NCBI GenBank assembly: GCA_045808105.1
Contig: JBJMGC010000031.1
Span: 854 to 64,853 of the forward strand
Origin: Acidobacteriaceae bacterium
GTDB lineage: Bacteria; Acidobacteriota; Terriglobia; Terriglobales; Acidobacteriaceae
Reading direction: 5' to 3'
DNA: 64,000 nucleotides
In this document: positions 59,476-64,000 of the stretch, piece after piece
Layout: each line of letters opens with the position of its first letter
How positions within the stretch are numbered: the first letter of the stretch is position 1
Translations under genes and position numbers: made by a program
The notes under the pieces: generated by a model
Seen by the model: the letters and a program-made list of their open reading frames with translations, nothing else
Told to the model about the DNA's origin: nothing
Databases searched by the model: none

Positions 59476-59621
59476 TGGAGCATTTCTCGTATTGGTCCGG
59501 TAGCCATGGACGTTTCGAGAGGAGCCTTCTGTGGCTTTTTCGTTAACGAAAGCCATACCTGATCAAGAAAGGCCACGAGGGGGATTTTTTCGGAGCAACA
59601 CATAATGCGAGAAATGCTCTA
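59476..59621. mobile_element. MITE-like non-coding element (~145 bp) with 16-bp terminal inverted repeats
   Basis: GAGCATTTCTCGTATT (59478-59493) and AATGCGAGAAATGCTC (59604-59619) match at 15/16; internal hairpins are present. Confidence 0.65.
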
Positions 59622-59642
59622 GAGTGGTGGGCATCCCGGAGG

Positions 59643-62312
59643 ATGTCCTTGAGAACGATTCCGTCACTCACTGTGTTGTGCGCGGGTGCACTTTTTGCTG
59701 TCCCATCCAGCTTCGCGCAGCAGAGCGCGCCGTTTCCTTTCCAGAATCCCTCGTTGCCGATCGCGCAACGGGTGGGTGATCTTGTTGGGCGGATGACGCT
59801 GGAGGAGAAGGCCTCGCAGATGCGCCATGCCGCGCCGGCGATCCCGCGGCTGGGTATTCCCGCATACGACTGGTGGAGTGAAGGGCTCCATGGCATTGCA
59901 CGCTCTGGGTACGCGACGGTATTCCCTCAGGCGATCGGGATGGCCGCGACGTGGGATCCCGGGCTGATTCATCGCGTGTCCTCCGTGATTGCCGATGAGG
60001 CGCGAGCCAAGAATGTCGACGCGCTGAAGCACGACAACCATTCGATCTTCTTTGGCCTGACGATCTGGTCGCCGAACATCAACATCTTTCGCGATCCGCG
60101 ATGGGGCCGCGGGCAGGAGACTTATGGCGAAGATCCGTATCTGACCTCGCGGCTCGGCGTTGCATTCGTCGAGGGCTTGCAGGGGAACGATCCGAAATAC
60201 TTTGAGGCGATCGCCACACCAAAGCACTATGCGGTCCACAGCGGACCGGAGTCGGAGCGGCACCGCTTCAACGCGACGCCATCTGCCTTCGATCTTGAGG
60301 ACACCTACCTACCTGCGTTTCGCGCCACCATCACGCAGGCGAAGGCCGACTCGATCATGTGTGCGTACAACGCGCTGTACGGCTTTCCTGCGTGCGCAAG
60401 TCCACTGCTGTTGAAGCAGAAGCTGCGCGGTGCCTGGAAGTTCGATGGCTTCGTGACGTCTGATTGCGGCGCTATCGGCGACTTCTACAGCACCGGGCAA
60501 CAGGGCTTCAGTGGTACGGCGGGTCATCACTTCAGCCCCGATGCGGCGCATGCCAGCGCAACCGCTGTCCTGGCGGGGACGGACACAAGCTGCGGCGACG
60601 AGTATGACGCGCTGCCGCAGGCGGTGAAGCAAGGCCTTCTACCGGAGAGTGCGATGGACACTGCTCTCAAGCGGCTCTTCACCGCGCGGATTCGCCTCGG
60701 CCTCTTCGATCCGCCATCGAAGGTGGAGTATGCAAGACTGCCTTTTTCGCACGTGGACTCGGAAGAGCATCGTGCGTTGGCACGCGAGGTTGCGGAGAAG
60801 GCGATGGTACTGCTCAAGAACGAGCATGGCACATTGCCGCTGCGGAATGTGAAGACTCTTGCAGTGGTAGGGCCGAATGCGGAATCGCTGATCGCGCTCG
60901 AAGGAAACTACAACGGAGTACCCTCGCACCCAGTGCTGCCGCTGGACGGTATCACCACCGAGTTCGCGGGTGCGCATGTGCTGTATGCGCAGGGTGCGCC
61001 GTATGTGGAGGGCGTCGCGCTGCCGGTGCCGCGAACTGCTCTGAAGGTAAAGGGGGAATATTTCGCCAACGCGAACTTCAGCGGGCCGCCGGTGTTGACC
61101 AGGGATGATCCCACAATCAATTTCGACTGGAATGCCTCAGCGCCTGCTTCGGGTGTTCCCGCCACGGCCTTCAGCGTGCGCTGGACGGGAACGCTTTCGG
61201 CGCCCGCTCCGGGTGACTATGCATTCAGCGTCGATATCGGCGATTGCTACCCATGCCGCGACCGCGAGAGCTACAAGGTCACCTTCGACGGGAAGGTGGT
61301 TGCAAATGAGGACTCCGGGGTGGCGAAGGAGTCCCGCGGCCGCAGGAGCCCGGATTTCATGCTGCACTTTACGGATACGCAGCCGCATGCAATCCAGCTT
61401 GAATACGGCCATCAGTCGCCGCTCTTTGGCGCCGGCATCTCGCTGCGCTGGAAACCTGCCGTCGCTCCGCTACGGGAGCAGGCAGTCGCCGCGGCGACGC
61501 AGGCGGATGCGGTGATCGCGTTCGTTGGGTTGACGTCGGAGCTTGAGGGCGAAGAGATGCCGGTCCATGTGCCGGGATTTGCAGGCGGCGATCGTACGGA
61601 GATCGAGTTGCCTGCGGTACAGAAGGAGCTTCTGGAGTCGTTGGCCGCGACAGGCAAGCCGCTGGTCGTTGTGCTGTTGAATGGCAGCGCTCTGGCCGTG
61701 AACTGGGCGCAGCAGCATGCCGCCGCGATTCTCGAAGCGTGGTATCCCGGTGAAGAGGGTGGTACCGCGATTGCCGAGACGCTTTCCGGAAAGAATAATC
61801 CGGCGGGCCGCTTGCCGTTGACCTTCTATGCTTCGACGGACCAGTTGCCGCCGTTTGATGATTATTCAATGCAGAACCGCACCTATCGCTACTTCAAAGG
61901 CAAGCCGCTGTATGGCTTCGGGTATGGGCTGAGCTACACGCAATTTGCCTACTCGGACGTGAAGCTGGCGGAAACGAATGTGAAGGCAGGTGAACCGCTG
62001 AGGGCGCAGGTCACGGTGAAGAACGATGGCGAAGTTGCCGGCGACGAGGTGGCGGAGCTTTACCTTGCGCGACCTTCGGCACAGGGAAATCCGGTGCTTC
62101 GGGGAATGGCGCGAGTGCATCTCGCCGCGGGTGCAAGCCAGACAATTTCGTTTACGCTGGCACCGCGCGACCTGAGCACGGTGGATCAGCAGGGCAAGCG
62201 CGCGGTTCAGCCGGGCGAGTATTCGGTGATGATCGGCGGTGCGCAGCCATCCGCCGCCGAGCACGTGACCGGGAGCTTCGCGGTGACTGGGTCCGAGGTG
62301 ATGCCGGAGTAG
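59643..62312 (+). CDS. GH3 beta-glucosidase/beta-xylosidase with PA14 and Fn3-like domains
   Basis: Signal peptide, WWSEGLHG, WSPNINIFRDPRWGRGQETYGED, KHY, VTSDC (nucleophile), a PA14 insert, LEGEE and FGYGLSY. Confidence 0.95.
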   Translation: MSLRTIPSLTVLCAGALFAVPSSFAQQSAPFPFQNPSLPIAQRVGDLVGRMTLEEKASQMRHAAPAIPRLGIPAYDWWSEGLHGIARSGYATVFPQAIGMAATWDPGLIHRVSSVIADEARAKNVDALKHDNHSIFFGLTIWSPNINIFRDPRWGRGQETYGEDPYLTSRLGVAFVEGLQGNDPKYFEAIATPKHYAVHSGPESERHRFNATPSAFDLEDTYLPAFRATITQAKADSIMCAYNALYGFPACASPLLLKQKLRGAWKFDGFVTSDCGAIGDFYSTGQQGFSGTAGHHFSPDAAHASATAVLAGTDTSCGDEYDALPQAVKQGLLPESAMDTALKRLFTARIRLGLFDPPSKVEYARLPFSHVDSEEHRALAREVAEKAMVLLKNEHGTLPLRNVKTLAVVGPNAESLIALEGNYNGVPSHPVLPLDGITTEFAGAHVLYAQGAPYVEGVALPVPRTALKVKGEYFANANFSGPPVLTRDDPTINFDWNASAPASGVPATAFSVRWTGTLSAPAPGDYAFSVDIGDCYPCRDRESYKVTFDGKVVANEDSGVAKESRGRRSPDFMLHFTDTQPHAIQLEYGHQSPLFGAGISLRWKPAVAPLREQAVAAATQADAVIAFVGLTSELEGEEMPVHVPGFAGGDRTEIELPAVQKELLESLAATGKPLVVVLLNGSALAVNWAQQHAAAILEAWYPGEEGGTAIAETLSGKNNPAGRLPLTFYASTDQLPPFDDYSMQNRTYRYFKGKPLYGFGYGLSYTQFAYSDVKLAETNVKAGEPLRAQVTVKNDGEVAGDEVAELYLARPSAQGNPVLRGMARVHLAAGASQTISFTLAPRDLSTVDQQGKRAVQPGEYSVMIGGAQPSAAEHVTGSFAVTGSEVMPE

Positions 62313-62322
62313 TTCCCCGAAT

Positions 62323-63456
62323 TCAACGGACGAGGACGCCGGCGGACTGCACGATCAGGTCGCCGGCCCGCGTTGAGACGACCGGCAGATCCGGCGTGCC
62401 GGTGAGCAGTTCGATGCCGCCGTCGCGGAGCAGGACAGTGTCCTCGACCTTGCCGCCGGCGACGGATGGATTCCAGGCAAAAGCCTGCCTGTTCACCACA
62501 TGCTCGTTACCTGCCGGGGTGGCGAGCCACTCGCGTTCGCCATAGCCGCTAGCGCCCCCTTGATGATGAAGCTGCTCCTCACCGGGATGTCCGAGTGAGG
62601 TATATGCATCCGCCGCGGTGGCGAATAGCGCGGCCGATGTAGTGCCCGCTTTGGTGGCGGCCAGCAGACGGGCGTTCACCTCGGCGGCTACGGCGAAGGC
62701 ATCCACGAGTTGCTGCGGCATCGGACCGAAATGAATGAAACGGGTGATGGAGATGCAGAGCCCCCAACGGCGGGCGCAAAGATTCAGCATGCCGAAACGT
62801 TCGAGCCGTGCGTTCTGCGCCACCGCATGTTTGTAGCGGAGGACGCGATCGTCGGCCGCCATCAGAAGTACGGAAGGCTCAATACCGCGTTCGATGAGAC
62901 CGGCAGAAATGCGTGCAGCCATTGTGCGTTCGGTGACGCCTGGCTCGAGCGATTGCAATACCGCGGCCGTGACCTCGGCAGTATGGCGGCCGAGCCAGCG
63001 ATAGCGCTCGATCTCCGTATCGTGGAGAGAGGCGCGTTCTTGAAGCAGGAGCGCGGCGCCTTCGGCTGCGGTGTCAGCCGCGATTTGGCCGTGGCCGCCG
63101 GCCAGCGACTGAACCTTGTCAGCGAAATCGGCGGCGTGCCACGGAGCAGTGATGGGAGTGAAGGGAAGTCCCGCAAAGTCTTCTTCCGCGAGGCGGAGGG
63201 CTTCGTTGTCAGGCGCGAGGTAGAACGCTTCCCCGTTTCGCAACAGAAGAATGGTGGCGGTGCCGAGGGCGGAGGGAAGAAGAACGCGGCGATCGACGCG
63301 GCCGGCGGTAAGCCAGGCTATGTTCTCCGTACGCTGCAACTGCAGCGCAGCGAGCCCCGAAGAGGTCATATGGTCTGCGAGCCGCCGACGCTTGGCTTCG
63401 AACTCGGTGAGAAGCGCCTCCGGCGACTGCATGAGTTCCTGAGCTGCTTCAGGCAT
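62323..63456 (-). CDS. M24 (pita-bread fold) peptidase-like protein with non-canonical metal ligands
   Basis: Creatinase-like N-domain; HHQGG, ERE, AWNPS and KVEDT motifs; overlaps the xylB stop. Confidence 0.8.
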   Translation of the reverse strand: MPEAAQELMQSPEALLTEFEAKRRRLADHMTSSGLAALQLQRTENIAWLTAGRVDRRVLLPSALGTATILLLRNGEAFYLAPDNEALRLAEEDFAGLPFTPITAPWHAADFADKVQSLAGGHGQIAADTAAEGAALLLQERASLHDTEIERYRWLGRHTAEVTAAVLQSLEPGVTERTMAARISAGLIERGIEPSVLLMAADDRVLRYKHAVAQNARLERFGMLNLCARRWGLCISITRFIHFGPMPQQLVDAFAVAAEVNARLLAATKAGTTSAALFATAADAYTSLGHPGEEQLHHQGGASGYGEREWLATPAGNEHVVNRQAFAWNPSVAGGKVEDTVLLRDGGIELLTGTPDLPVVSTRAGDLIVQSAGVLVR

Positions 63457-64000
63457 TCGTCTTCACCTCGACTGTTGTTCTGTGCAATCCGTGAAAGATG
63501 GGCTGCAGCGAAGGATAAAGCATGCGGTAGAGGGGATAGAGTTCCTGAAGCTTCGCGCTATCGGAGGTGTGGGGCACAATGCGTTGAGCAACCCGGACGA
63601 CAGCGTCGCATGCTGCGTCTGCCGACGGCCACACGCCGGCACCCACGCCCGCGAGCAATGCCGCACCGTATGCCGCGCCCTCCTCGGCTGCGACGATCTC
63701 GACAGGCTGACCGTAGACGTCGGCCTGGATCTGTCTCCAGATCGGCGAGCGAGCCCCGCCGCCGCCGAGACGTATCGCACGCGCCGGCACGCCGATCTCG
63801 GCAAAGATGCTCATCGTGTCCTTCAGGCTGAAAGCGACGCCCTCCATGATGGCGCGGACGATGTGCGCGCGGCCGTGCGATGCCGTAAGCCCGACGAGCG
63901 CACCGCGCGCCTCCGGATCGAGATGCGGCGTGCGTTCCCCCATCAGATACGGAGCCCAGAGAAGGCCATCCGCACCGGCGGAGACCGTTGCAGCGGATTC
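63449..64000 (-). CDS. xylB: Xylulokinase (FGGY kinase) C-terminal part, 5' end beyond the window
   Basis: PYLMGERTPH, RAIMEGVAFS, GGGARSPIWRQIQADV and EGAAYGAA motifs; frame open to the window edge. Confidence 0.85.
   Translation of the reverse strand, partial: ESAATVSAGADGLLWAPYLMGERTPHLDPEARGALVGLTASHGRAHIVRAIMEGVAFSLKDTMSIFAEIGVPARAIRLGGGGARSPIWRQIQADVYGQPVEIVAAEEGAAYGAALLAGVGAGVWPSADAACDAVVRVAQRIVPHTSDSAKLQELYPLYRMLYPSLQPIFHGLHRTTVEVKTNA

Noticed and set aside
1-64000. Prophage, integrase, transposase, defence system, tRNA or rRNA genes
   Set aside because: No supporting motifs were seen; nearly all long ORFs are explained by housekeeping, envelope or carbohydrate functions.

Overview
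GC-rich bacterial chromosome segment. Gene content and protein style suggest Acidobacteriota (Terriglobia/Acidobacteriaceae-like); this is an inference. About 53 CDSs are supported. Housekeeping genes: hppA, a fused E1 dehydrogenase, glmU, cysteine desulfurase-mnmA, citrate synthase, a ThiO-like oxidase and trmO. Exported enzymes: a phosphoesterase lipoprotein, an S53 protease, an M16 pair, GH2 and GH3. There is a ~14-kb exopolysaccharide cluster (GTs, wzc, wza, rfbDCBA, wcaF-like, ugd, uxs) and a sulfite reductase/siroheme operon. I saw no rRNA, tRNA, CRISPR array or transposase. Three observations stand out. (1) An unannotated, apparently leaderless 25-codon poly-cysteine leader peptide (CCCNCCC) with promoter, antiterminator and intrinsic terminator lies directly before the sulfite reductase operon, i.e. 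a candidate cysteine-sensing transcription attenuator. (2) The last Ig-like domain of the S53 protease is split by a membrane hairpin carrying an internal lipobox, suggesting an unusual anchoring/sorting mechanism. (3) Several non-coding repeat elements occur: a triple TAA-N19-TTA box next to a G-quadruplex motif, two TAGAGCA...TGCTCTA-type MITE-like elements and a REP-like hairpin.
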